From assembly GCA_022842645.1 (NCBI GenBank), contig JALHPE010000001.1:7711-71710 (forward strand): a DNA stretch of 64,000 nt, in the 5' to 3' direction. The stretch comes from Minisyncoccota bacterium. Its GTDB lineage: Bacteria > Patescibacteriota > Minisyncoccia > Phycocordibacterales > UBA2100. The first letter of the stretch is position 1. Each line of letters opens with the position of its first letter. Of this stretch, positions 18,959-28,465 are shown piece after piece. The notes under the pieces were generated by a model that saw only the letters and a program-made list of their open reading frames with translations, was not told the origin of the DNA and searched no databases. The position numbers were made by a program, and so were the translations under genes.

Positions 18959-19975
18959 TCAAGGAGTCCTATCCACAGGGGCCTCAAGCCCCAAACGCTC
19001 AAAGATAAGTCCCCTCTTTTCTTCGGCAAGACGAGGGCGAGCATATTCTTCTATTACTACCGGATAGTACGCGGTTGAGAGTACCGCGTCTTTGCCAAAT
19101 ATCACCTCGAGCATGAGTCCCGTTCGAGTCTCCTCAGACCACATCTGGTCGAACACGAAATTACCGAGACTGTAGAAGATCGGCTTTCCCTGGTATATTT
19201 CCGCGCTTTGTACAACATGCGGGTGGTGGCCTATGACAATATCAGCACCCGCGTCGATTGCTGCGCGCGCGAATGCAATCTGCATTTCGTTTGGCTCAAG
19301 TTCGTATTCGTTCCCTGAATGCATGGATACAATCACGATGTCGGCGAATGTGTTTGCGCCCGCTACAGCCGCCTTCATGCGCTCTAAGCGCATGAAGGCG
19401 GCGCCAGGACGCCCCTCCCCCGCTTCGCGCCCCGAGAAACGCTGATCAGTGTACGCAAGAAACGCAAACTGAATACCGTTTGCATTCACAAACATCGGCT
19501 GCCCTGCCTCGGTATCATCTTTGCCAGCGCCGACGTGCATAATTCCCTCCGCATCGAGCGCTGAAAGCGTGTCCAGTAAACCCTTTTCACCAAAATCAAA
19601 CGTATGGTTATTTGCGAGCGAAAGCACGTCAAAACCAGCGTCTTTCAAAGCCCGTGGCGCATGCGCGTCGGCACGAAAGCGCATTTCAAAAGCCTCGACA
19701 GGGTCTCCCTCGGTAATCGTCGTCTCAAGATTCCCAAATGCGATGTCTGCGCGCCGAATAATGTCTGTCGTGCTTCCAAACGGAAAATCCGCTCCATGTT
19801 GGAGCATTTTCTTAGCAACGGTTCTCGAGAGCATGATGTCACCCACAAATACAATACTCACCTGCGGCGGAGGTGTGGGTCGCGCATACTCAAGAATTCG
19901 CTCTGGTACACCAGGGATAGTGAGGGGTGCGACCGCAAGAAGAGCGCCGACAAAAAATATGCGGAATGTACGCAT
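18959..19975 (-). CDS. CapA-family (PGA_cap) metallophosphatase, exported
   Basis: FVGDIM, GNLE, LANNH.FD, HSGNEY, GHHPHV, YSLGNF.FDQ. Confidence 0.9.
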   Translation of the reverse strand: MRTFRIFFVGALLAVAPLTIPGVPERILEYARPTPPPQVSIVFVGDIMLSRTVAKKMLQHGADFPFGSTTDIIRRADIAFGNLETTITEGDPVEAFEMRFRADAHAPRALKDAGFDVLSLANNHTFDFGEKGLLDTLSALDAEGIMHVGAGKDDTEAGQPMFVNANGIQFAFLAYTDQRFSGREAGEGRPGAAFMRLERMKAAVAGANTFADIVIVSMHSGNEYELEPNEMQIAFARAAIDAGADIVIGHHPHVVQSAEIYQGKPIFYSLGNFVFDQMWSEETRTGLMLEVIFGKDAVLSTAYYPVVIEEYARPRLAEEKRGLIFERLGLEAPVDRTP

Positions 19976-19976
19976 G

Positions 19977-20048
19977 TGCCCTCGTCCGGAATCGGACCGA
20001 AATCGTACCCTTAGGACGGGTCTGCACTATCCATTGTGCTACGAGGGC
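19977..20048 (-). tRNA. tRNA-Arg(CCT)
   Basis: GCCCTCG acceptor, ACCC-GTCCTAA-GGGT anticodon arm; T loop reads GTCCGATT. Confidence 0.88.
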
Positions 20049-20070
20049 AGGCGCCCCCACTTTAGCATGA

Positions 20071-20310
20071 CTAGAGCTCGAGAAGGGTGCGAAGTTCTGG
20101 TTCGTCAAAGCCAACCACAAGATTGTCGCCCACAGTAATTACTGGCACGCCCATTTGTCCTGATTTCTCAATCATGACACGGCGCTGCTCGAGATCGGCA
20201 GCAACATCGTGCTCGGTGTATTCGACATTATTCGCCTTGAAAAACTCCTTCGCCATGCCACAGAAGTGGCAAGTTGGGGTCGAGTAAATGGTGACGGGTG
20301 CTGTTGTCAT
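20071..20310 (-). CDS. Glutaredoxin/NrdH-like redoxin
   Basis: YSTPTCHFC, GQMGVPVI, VGFD. Confidence 0.92.
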   Translation of the reverse strand: MTTAPVTIYSTPTCHFCGMAKEFFKANNVEYTEHDVAADLEQRRVMIEKSGQMGVPVITVGDNLVVGFDEPELRTLLEL

Positions 20311-20404
20311 ATCGCCATGCGCTTAGATATAAGGACATGCATTGTATCACACTCTTTATATGCGATATAAAAAGACGCGAGCTTAGGCTCGCGTCTTGGG
20401 CTTT

Positions 20405-20938
20405 CTAGTTCAGGAGCATCGGCTCATCATTGAGTCCAGGCTCCTCCCATGATAAGGCAGTCTGTGGAGCGAACGTGACGCTCGCCAGGATCTTTATATA
20501 GTTATCCAGAAAGATTTGAGAATCCCTCGGAATTCGGTGGATCGAATCCACAAGTGCAATGAGCCAATCAAGAGGATCGATCCTACAAGGCTTTTTCCCT
20601 GGAAAGAACCCGACGTATAAAGACGCGTCGGTATCTCCAAAGTATGCCCAGACGCCGTCCATGATCGACTGTTGGATACCCATGGCTTTTTTGATCCTGG
20701 CCACGTGACCAGAGGGATCATGGATCGAACTACTCCCGATTTCTTGAACAAACACTCCTTCCCTTCGAGACTGCTCAATATGATTTACCAATTGAACCAA
20801 CCCATGTAAGCCTCGCTGCATAAATGCACGGCGAAGTCGATAGATTTTCTTTTTTTGTTTCACTAGATCCTCCTTACCTTGTCTGTAAGGCACAGTACAA
20901 AAACAAAACATATCTGTAAAGACAGCTGTTTTTCTCAC
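20405..20938 (-). CDS. Hypothetical protein (start uncertain)
   Basis: Only long ORF in the gap between tRNA-Gly and a hairpin at 20372-20397. Confidence 0.45.
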   Translation of the reverse strand: MRKTAVFTDMFCFCTVPYRQGKEDLVKQKKKIYRLRRAFMQRGLHGLVQLVNHIEQSRREGVFVQEIGSSSIHDPSGHVARIKKAMGIQQSIMDGVWAYFGDTDASLYVGFFPGKKPCRIDPLDWLIALVDSIHRIPRDSQIFLDNYIKILASVTFAPQTALSWEEPGLNDEPMLLN

Positions 20939-20944
20939 CGTTTG

Positions 20945-21015
20945 TGCGGGATAGGAGAATCGAACTCCTATCTACTGCTTGGGAAGCAGTCGTTCTGCCA
21001 CTAAACTAATCCCGC
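20945..21015 (-). tRNA. tRNA-Gly(CCC)
   Basis: GCGGGAT acceptor, ACTGC-TTCCCAA-GCAGT anticodon arm, GTTCGATTC. Confidence 0.95.
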
Positions 21016-21063
21016 CTTTTCGAACACAAGCGATTTTACCTAAAAATCCAGCCTGAAGCGAGA

Positions 21064-21177
21064 CGAAAGTGGGGCGCAAAATGCTTCACGAGGGACCCCG
21101 CAGCTGGCGAGGATCTGCCTGTTTTTCAGCAGGAAAAACAGGTCTGCCCGAGGGAAGCATTTTGCGCCCCACTTTCG
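21064..21177. repeat. Palindromic element with perfect 24-bp terminal inverted repeats
   Basis: cgaaagtggggcgcaaaatgcttc / gaagcattttgcgccccactttcg. Confidence 0.85.
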
Positions 21178-21372
21178 CGAGCGCCCCCTGTCACACATAA
21201 ATTGCTGCTGCAATTTTGCGCGATCCTTACAGGATCAGTACACTCTGAGGATTTTCTTTTCGCGAGCACGCTCAAAAAAACCTCTCAGAGTCTTGCGAGG
21301 CTCCAGGTGTTCGCCTCTCACCCGCCTCGCAGCCAAGCTGCTCCGGCCTTGCAACGGGGCCCCACCCCCGTC

Positions 21373-21741
21373 TCACCACCAAAACCACCCCCTAACCCGC
21401 TCCAAATTCGTCGGGGCTGGAGGAGGTTCTGAAGACGGTGGTTCGACGATAACAACCACCCCTTCGTGATCTTTTCCGAGATCAAAACGCTCACGCAAGA
21501 CCTGCTCCATACCTCTCTCGGTCGAAAGAGATGAAATATCGCTGTGAAGCTCGGCCTCTCGGATCCGAAGGTCCCGCAATTCCGCCTCTGCCTCTTCCCG
21601 CAAAGCGCGCGATTCTCGCTCTTTTTGATAGACCCCCCAGACACCCTGTAGAACAACCACCAGAAGTGCACAAAATATGAGTATGAAGAGTCGGCGCCAC
21701 ATGAGGCGCACAGGATCGCGCTTGTGCCGGACGAATGCCAT
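21373..21741 (-). CDS. Septum formation initiator (FtsB/DivIC-like)
   Basis: TM helix, coiled coil, E..LRERF.L...EGV. Confidence 0.75.
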   Translation of the reverse strand: MAFVRHKRDPVRLMWRRLFILIFCALLVVVLQGVWGVYQKERESRALREEAEAELRDLRIREAELHSDISSLSTERGMEQVLRERFDLGKDHEGVVVIVEPPSSEPPPAPTNLERVRGWFWW

Positions 21742-21779
21742 GTGGTACGATTCTAACACTTTAGAAACGCCTCAAACCT

Positions 21780-21905
21780 ATGAACTTCCTCTTCCACCAC
21801 AAAACAAAAAAGGTCCTCAACTTTGTCTGGGGTATCGTTGCCGTCCTCATCATCGTAAGCATGGTGCTCTTCTTTGCGCCAGGGCTCGTGGAGTTGTTTA
21901 TCTAA
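21780..21905 (+). CDS. 41-aa single-TM small protein
   Basis: Hand translation MNFLFHHKTKKVLNFVWGIVAVLIIVSMVLFFAPGLVELFI*. Confidence 0.6.
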   Translation: MNFLFHHKTKKVLNFVWGIVAVLIIVSMVLFFAPGLVELFI

Positions 21906-21916
21906 GCGACCAAGGT

Positions 21917-23713
21917 TTACTCATCTCCTCCGCGCACCACCTTCAGAAACACCTCGTGAGGGATATCAACCTTCCCGCGTGCAAGCATTTTCTTCTTGCC
22001 TTTCTTTTGCTTTTCAAGAAGCTTCATTTTACGTGTGATGTCGCCGCCGTAGAGGTACCCGGTTACGTCTTTGCGCATCGCTGACTTCCTGCGCGATGCG
22101 ACGATCTTTCCATCGCATTTTGCTTGAATTTTGAGCTCGAAGAGCTGTTTCGGAAGAAGCTTTTCGAGCCGCTCAACAAGCGCTTCGGCTTCGTGGCCAA
22201 CGCGTCGTTTTGAGACGATGCGCGCAAATGCAGGCACGAGCTCGTCGGCAACAAGAATGTCCAGTCGAACCACATCCGCACTCCTCAGTCCCAGCAACTC
22301 ATATGAGAGCGATGCAAAGCCTGAAGAGACGCTTTTTAGGCGATCAAAGAAGCCTCGCATAAGCTCGCGCAGCGGCATCTCAGCTGCGAGCTTTACCTTG
22401 CCGTCGGGAAGTGTTTCTGTCTCCCCCACTACCGCTTCATGATCGAATAGAATCTGCGAAATACCGCCGAGATAACTCGGGGGTGTAATGATATCAATTG
22501 CCGCCCATGGCTCGCGCACTGATTTAAGCGTGCCGTCATCAGGAAAACGTGCAGGATTATAAATTTCCTCCACACGCCCGTCTTGGAGTGTAATCTCGTA
22601 CACAGTTGTGGGACTTGTGACCACAAGCGGTAAATCAAATTCGCGCTTCAACCGCTCGATAACAATCTCGAGATGAAGCATCCCGAGAAATCCACACCGA
22701 AATCCTTTCCCCATGACACCAGAGGACTCTTCTTCGTACGAAAGTGAAGAATCGGAGAGGCGCAGACGCTCAAGCGCCTGGCGGAGCTGTACTAAATCGT
22801 CTTGCGACTCTGGGTACACAGACGCCCAAATAACAGGCGCTGGAGCCCTGTAACCGCCGAGCGGAGCGCCACTCATGCGCGCAGAGAGCACTGTGTCGCC
22901 CACAGAGGCAATACCCGGCTTTTTAATGCCAGTCACGATGTAGCCGATTTCCCCTTCCCTAAGCTCATCGCGCGGGGTTTCGTCGGGCGTGAGGACTCCC
23001 ACTTCAAGTGCCGTAAACGAGGCGTTTGCTGCTGCAAGCTTGAGTGAATCTCCCTTTGAAACGCGCCCGCCAAAGAGTCGACAATAAATGATGACGCCGC
23101 GATGGTCGGAATATGAAAAGTCATAAACGAGTGCCTGCATTTTCTCTCCCGAGCTTCGGGGCGGAGGAATACGCTCAACAACCGCGTTCAAGAGTTCTGT
23201 AACACCAACACCTGTCTTACCTGAAGTAAGAATCACGTCGCGCTCGTCACATCCAAGCAGCATAGTGAGTTCTGTCTTCACGTCATCAACACGTGCGTGT
23301 GGTGCGTCTATTTTATTTACTACGGGGATGATCACCCTCTTCAATTCGCGCGCCGTCGAGAGAACCGAAAGTGTCTGCGCCTCAACCCCCTGTGTGGCGT
23401 CCACGAGGAGCACAACCCCTTCAACGGCCGAGAGTGCACGTGAGACTTCGTAGGCAAAATCAACGTGGCCGGGAGTATCGATCAGATTTAGTGTGTAGTT
23501 TGTAGACTGTAGTTTGTAGTTCATCCGGACGGGAGCCATTTTAATGGTGATGCCACGCTCGCGCTCGAGATCCATACGATCCAAGACCTGTTCTTTCATG
23601 GCTCGCTTTTCGATCGTGCCGGTGAGCTCGAGCATGCGATCGGCCAGGGTGGATTTCCCGTGGTCAATGTGCGCGATTATCGAAAAGTTTCTAATGTGTG
23701 AAGACATATTCAT
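21917..23713 (-). CDS. lepA: Elongation factor 4 (LepA)
   Basis: RNFSIIAHIDHGKSTL, DTPGH, NKID, GFLGMLH, YGGDITRK. Confidence 0.98.
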   Translation of the reverse strand: MNMSSHIRNFSIIAHIDHGKSTLADRMLELTGTIEKRAMKEQVLDRMDLERERGITIKMAPVRMNYKLQSTNYTLNLIDTPGHVDFAYEVSRALSAVEGVVLLVDATQGVEAQTLSVLSTARELKRVIIPVVNKIDAPHARVDDVKTELTMLLGCDERDVILTSGKTGVGVTELLNAVVERIPPPRSSGEKMQALVYDFSYSDHRGVIIYCRLFGGRVSKGDSLKLAAANASFTALEVGVLTPDETPRDELREGEIGYIVTGIKKPGIASVGDTVLSARMSGAPLGGYRAPAPVIWASVYPESQDDLVQLRQALERLRLSDSSLSYEEESSGVMGKGFRCGFLGMLHLEIVIERLKREFDLPLVVTSPTTVYEITLQDGRVEEIYNPARFPDDGTLKSVREPWAAIDIITPPSYLGGISQILFDHEAVVGETETLPDGKVKLAAEMPLRELMRGFFDRLKSVSSGFASLSYELLGLRSADVVRLDILVADELVPAFARIVSKRRVGHEAEALVERLEKLLPKQLFELKIQAKCDGKIVASRRKSAMRKDVTGYLYGGDITRKMKLLEKQKKGKKKMLARGKVDIPHEVFLKVVRGGDE

Positions 23714-23719
23714 CGAAGA

Positions 23720-23905
23720 CTAAAATGAGAGAATTTGAGGGCGCACATTGTAGGAAAGGGGTCGGGAAAACTCTAGTTTTCCCGTGTCGGAGAGCAGGTC
23801 GGCGAGCGAAGCGATGCCGACCGTTGAGAACCGAGGGTTCTCAAGGAGCGACCCAGACGCGACAATGGGTGCGATTATGGAGAAATTACGGATGTGAGAC
23901 GACAT
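23720..23905. repeat. Recoded duplicate of the lepA 5' end plus structured core element
   Basis: 23861-23905 encodes MSSHIRNFSIIAPIV; core 23754-23786 shares gaaaggggtcgggaaaac and gttttcccgtg with 8812-8845. Confidence 0.8.
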
Positions 23906-23916
23906 GCCGTCTTATC

Positions 23917-25632
23917 CTACGTTGATTGCTCCCCCGAAGCAATCGGTTCCACATCACGCCAGATACGACGTCGAAGCGCGAGTGCATTCTCGGCGTATTC
24001 CCTGCTTCCAAGAAAATGGTAGGCGAGCGCAGCAGCAGCAACACCCACACCGCCCGCGAGAAGCGCCTTAAAGAGCACCGAGGCAAGAGTCGAGAGCAGT
24101 GTGATGTCTCCTATCACTTGCAGTGTTGCGTATGCAGCACATCCGGCTACAAACGCAGCAGTGAGCGCATGCCAAAATGAACGTTTAATCTGAGAAACGA
24201 ATCCGCCAAAATGCCATTCAATTGAAACCACGAGTAGAAAGGCGCCCATAATGGAAGCCACTGAAAACGCAAACGCGAGTACCACAACGTCGGTTCCCAC
24301 TAGGTTATCAATGCGCAGCAGTGCTTCAAGAAAGCTTGCGACGTCTGCATTTTGCACACTGCGTAGATACGTGTGCGCAAGAATAAGAGTGGTGAGGGCT
24401 GTCACGCCAGATATGGCAAGTGGAATAAGCGTTCTCCCCGCTGCATACCATGCACGAATGAGAAGAAGAGAAACACCTTGGCTGGCGAGAGAAAGCGAGA
24501 AGAGTGCGAGTGCTGCAGCGGTAAGGCGCGTGTCGGTCCAATCAAACGCGCCCGAACCAAGCGCAGCGCGTACAATATGCGCGCGAAGCACGATGACGAG
24601 CGCGAGCGCAGGGAGCGACCAGAAAAACATTTGACGAACGGCGAGCGCCGCATGCGCCAAAAACGCGTGTGTTGCACCGCGCGCATGCGCCTCGGCAAGG
24701 AGTGGGAATGCGGCTGTTGCATAGCTTGCGCCAATCACAGAAAGCGGAACTCCCTGCAGATTGTAGGCAAACATAAATACCGCGATTGAGCCCGCGGGGA
24801 GTGCCGCAGCAAGCGAGAGAAGGCCAAAGAACGCAAACTGACCAAAGGAGAGCGCCAGTGCGCGTGGAAGTGAAATGCGAACAGTAGCCAAAAAGCTGCG
24901 CCATTCAGGAAGTGATGCCATCTCTCTACCAAGACCTTCGCGCAAGAGTGGTGGCAATTGAATACCTAAATGAAGTACTGCACCAATCACAACGCCATAG
25001 GCAAGTCCCATAAGTCCCTGCGATGGAACTAACACTAACGCACCGTAAATGATGCCGAGATTATAGACAATCGGCGAGAGTGCATAGAGTGCGTATCGAT
25101 GTCTAAATTGTGTGAGGCCCGCAGCAATATTTGAAAAGCCCAGAAGCACCGCTTGTATCAGGAGTATACGTGTGAGGAGCACCAACTCTTCCTGTGCATA
25201 GGAAAGCGCGGGGAAAAATGTTGCAAGAATTGAGGGAGCAAACACTGCAGCACCACCCGCAACAAGTGCAACCAATGCACCAAAACACACAATGAGGCCG
25301 TCTATGTACCGCCGTTGCGCCGCCTCATCACGACGTGCAAGTTCTGGTATGAGCACGTACGCAGAAACCAGCGCCCCTACGCCGATAAACACGAGATCCG
25401 GTACGCGGAACGCTGCGTAATAGACGTCGAGCTCGGCTCCTGCGCCAAAGAGATGTGCGAGCACACGGTCACGCACGAGCGCGAGGAGCGACGAGGCGAG
25501 AGATGAAAGTGCGAGAATATACGCGGCCGCCTGAAGCCCGCGCACCTCAAGAGAAAGATAGGACAAAGCCCATCCCGCTCCGCTGTAAGTCTTTTCAAGC
25601 GTCGTGCGCCCGCTTTTAAGAAAACGAATCAT
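23917..25632 (-). CDS. murJ: Lipid II flippase MurJ (MviN)
   Basis: L.LVRD..LA..FGAG..LD.Y.AAFRVPD, P.VYN, many TMs. Confidence 0.9.
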   Translation of the reverse strand: MIRFLKSGRTTLEKTYSGAGWALSYLSLEVRGLQAAAYILALSSLASSLLALVRDRVLAHLFGAGAELDVYYAAFRVPDLVFIGVGALVSAYVLIPELARRDEAAQRRYIDGLIVCFGALVALVAGGAAVFAPSILATFFPALSYAQEELVLLTRILLIQAVLLGFSNIAAGLTQFRHRYALYALSPIVYNLGIIYGALVLVPSQGLMGLAYGVVIGAVLHLGIQLPPLLREGLGREMASLPEWRSFLATVRISLPRALALSFGQFAFFGLLSLAAALPAGSIAVFMFAYNLQGVPLSVIGASYATAAFPLLAEAHARGATHAFLAHAALAVRQMFFWSLPALALVIVLRAHIVRAALGSGAFDWTDTRLTAAALALFSLSLASQGVSLLLIRAWYAAGRTLIPLAISGVTALTTLILAHTYLRSVQNADVASFLEALLRIDNLVGTDVVVLAFAFSVASIMGAFLLVVSIEWHFGGFVSQIKRSFWHALTAAFVAGCAAYATLQVIGDITLLSTLASVLFKALLAGGVGVAAAALAYHFLGSREYAENALALRRRIWRDVEPIASGEQST

Positions 25633-25644
25633 AGAAACACGATT

Positions 25645-28041
25645 CTAACGTGCTCCTTCGATTCCAAGAAAAGGATCCTTCCCACCACGCACATTCTCAA
25701 TGAGTTGTGGAATCCATGTTTCTGATGTATTAAGCTGCGCAACACGTCCCAAGACGATAAGCGCATCATTGGTGCGACCAACCTGATTATAGGAAAGCCC
25801 CAGGATGAAGAGTGCATTGGCATAATCTGGTGCAAGAGTCCCTGCACGTTCAAGCGCTTGTGCCGCCTCAGCATATGCGCCACCAGCGTAGAGTATGTAC
25901 CCCAAGTTAAACCAGCCAAGCGGATCTTCTTGTACGAGCTGTACCGCCTGCGCCGCCGCCGTGACAGCAGCGTCGCCATTCCCTGCCGACGCCTCAACTT
26001 GAGAGAGTAAATAATATGCGATTGCGAGATCGGGTTTGAGAGCGATTGCCTCCTGGAGATATGTCCTGGCACGCTCTACATTTCCCGTCGCAATAGCAAT
26101 CTGTGCCAAGCGCACTTTCGGCACCGGATTCGTCGGCTGCACCTCAAACGCACGCTCGTACGAAGAGACAGCACTTTCAAGCGCCCCATCGACATTTGCT
26201 CCTGCAAACTCTCCGTATATCTGCGCGAGCGTCAGCCAGTTTTGGTAGTTGTTTTCAAGCTCAACGGCGGTCAAACCATGCCCGATGGTGCGCTCGAGTG
26301 TTGCCTGCAGCGTTGCACGAGCCGCCTCATCGTTTGCTCCACTTTGTGCAAGCGCCGCAAGCTGCACCACGCCAAGCTCGGCAGCAGCACGGTGTGCGCG
26401 GTCATTTTTAGGTGAGATTGTGAGCGCCGTTTGAATGAAAGAGCCCGCGCGCGCAAGATCGCTGGTGTCGCGGTACGTGAATGCTGCGCGATTTACGAGC
26501 GCGTTGGAAGCCACCTCGCGCACAGCTGTTCCGGCTGAAAAGACAACGCCGACACAAAGAATGAGCATGAGTACTGCACAAAGAACTTCGGGCACCTTCG
26601 CAATACCAATACGGAATGAGCGTGGCGATGCGTCGCCAGCCGCACACACAGCAAGAAGAGCTAGAAAGAGGAATGTGACCCCTGTAAGCGCGACACCTGG
26701 GGTGTAGATCATGTGGTACCCAACAAGATAGATGGTGCCTACGAGCGCAATACCAAAGAGCGCCCTGCCGCGCACAAGCGGCCGCACTTCCCGAGTGAAG
26801 CGCACAAAGAAAAAGAGAATCGCAATAATGATGCTCGCCCACGCAATGAGACCAAGTGCGCCGACCGCAAAAATAGAGGTAGGAATGATGCCGACACCAG
26901 TATTGAAATCGGAATTCCAGAATGGTGTGAGATTGACTTCTTGAGGCTTGTAGAGGCCCCACTCGCGGATGAATGAGTTGGGACCCGCGCCAAACACAAG
27001 ATCGCGCGGTGCGCCGAGAGACTGCCTTGCAACGTCAAACGTCCCCTGCCATGACGGACGCACTTCCACCTCGTTAATTTGAATGCGCGATGGCAAGCGT
27101 TCCGCAAACTGTACATTAAAGAATCCGAGAGCGATAAAAAGGATGGCACCTACTGCCCACGGCGCGCCACGCTTTACACTTTCAAGAAGCGATACACCAT
27201 CCACTTTAAGTGCACTCCGTACGACGCCAAGAAAACCAAGGAGCAAAAGTGCGCCCGCCCCCCAGAACACGTCTTTAAAGTGAATAATGAGCACGATAAA
27301 AAGCGCGGAGAGACCAAGCGGAATAAGCACGAGTCTCTGAGCGCCCTGCATGAGCCCACCAACAAAGAGTGCTCCCGAAAGAAAAAGCGCGAGGCCGGCG
27401 AGAATGCCAAGGTCATGCCACGATCCAAAAAGGTTCGCCGTCGGCGTTTGGAGCACACCGAACGAGAACACCGAGGGAACGATGACGTAGAGTACTTGAA
27501 AGACGAGGAGAACGGTGAGTCCGTAGGCAAAGGCTCGAACAGCACGGGTAATCGTCGGACGATGGTCGGTGAGGATGAGTGTTGCGAGTACGAAAATTGC
27601 ATACCAAAGTATGACGGCCACTAATGTATCCTGCTCAACACCCGCGCCCACGATCGACGACATACTCCAGCCTGAAGCGGCGGAGGAAACAAGATAGGCA
27701 AGGGGCAAGAGCCCCAAGAGCGGAATAAGTATTGTACGAGACACACGCACTTCTCCCTCAGCAAATCGTGCGACCGTCCAGAAAAATGCGGTGAGGATAA
27801 CAAACACACTCGCAAGAAGCACCTTCCCCTGCCCTACACCAGCCCACGCGACGGGGATGAAAAGAACGGGAAGTAGTGCAAAGAGTGCTATGAGCAAGAA
27901 ACGAGAGACGGTGTCACCCCAGTGTGTAAAACCCCGTTCATGCTGTGATGCTCGTTCTTCAGTGCGCGGAACATGCTCGGTTTTTTCTGGTGCTGATATG
28001 TGCTCTGACATAGTCGAGATGTGCAGGGGTTTTTGATCCAT
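25645..28041 (-). CDS. Polytopic membrane protein (O-antigen-ligase-like) with C-terminal TPR repeats
   Basis: ~12 TM helices, FGAGPNSF loop, TPR-like repeats. Confidence 0.75.
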   Translation of the reverse strand: MDQKPLHISTMSEHISAPEKTEHVPRTEERASQHERGFTHWGDTVSRFLLIALFALLPVLFIPVAWAGVGQGKVLLASVFVILTAFFWTVARFAEGEVRVSRTILIPLLGLLPLAYLVSSAASGWSMSSIVGAGVEQDTLVAVILWYAIFVLATLILTDHRPTITRAVRAFAYGLTVLLVFQVLYVIVPSVFSFGVLQTPTANLFGSWHDLGILAGLALFLSGALFVGGLMQGAQRLVLIPLGLSALFIVLIIHFKDVFWGAGALLLLGFLGVVRSALKVDGVSLLESVKRGAPWAVGAILFIALGFFNVQFAERLPSRIQINEVEVRPSWQGTFDVARQSLGAPRDLVFGAGPNSFIREWGLYKPQEVNLTPFWNSDFNTGVGIIPTSIFAVGALGLIAWASIIIAILFFFVRFTREVRPLVRGRALFGIALVGTIYLVGYHMIYTPGVALTGVTFLFLALLAVCAAGDASPRSFRIGIAKVPEVLCAVLMLILCVGVVFSAGTAVREVASNALVNRAAFTYRDTSDLARAGSFIQTALTISPKNDRAHRAAAELGVVQLAALAQSGANDEAARATLQATLERTIGHGLTAVELENNYQNWLTLAQIYGEFAGANVDGALESAVSSYERAFEVQPTNPVPKVRLAQIAIATGNVERARTYLQEAIALKPDLAIAYYLLSQVEASAGNGDAAVTAAAQAVQLVQEDPLGWFNLGYILYAGGAYAEAAQALERAGTLAPDYANALFILGLSYNQVGRTNDALIVLGRVAQLNTSETWIPQLIENVRGGKDPFLGIEGAR

Positions 28042-28066
28042 CTCGCTATAGTACCACCGAGACGTC

Positions 28067-28097
28067 GAAAATCCCCACCTGTTGGGTGGGGATTTTC
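28067..28097 (-). terminator. Terminator downstream of rnpB
   Basis: gaaaatccccacc..ggtggggattttc. Confidence 0.75.
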
Positions 28098-28100
28098 ATG

Positions 28101-28428
28101 TCTACACCGTTAAGCCGGATTCTGTCGAGGGCAGTCATGTATCTGGGATGATTGTTGCCAACCACCTCAAGCGGTTCTCCGTTCAGTTTTTAGGCTGGAC
28201 GACACGACCTTGCACGCAGGTAGGAATTTTGCCGTTGCACCTCTCACGTTTCCATGAGAGCTACTCCTTGCGGAGCCTCTCACCTCTCGGCTCGAGCGTC
28301 TCTGTTCGCATCCCTTGGATTCCGCCAGCTGGCGGACCAGGCGGGCGTTACCCGCTACCATTTGAACTTAATCACGCGTGTCCGGACTTTCCTCTAGGAC
28401 TTTCGTCCCAGCGACTGCCTAGTGCAGA
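28101..28428 (-). ncRNA. rnpB: RNase P RNA
   Basis: Minus strand has GAGGAAAGTCCGG near the 5' end and ACAGAATCCGGCTTA near the 3' end (P4 helix). Confidence 0.95.
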
Positions 28429-28465
28429 TTTGCATTATCCCACACCTGAATTTTTTAGCAAATCA

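Noticed and set aside
23720-23905. 61-aa ORF as a real lepA paralog
   Set aside because: Similarity ends after ~15 codons; the remainder is translated repeat core
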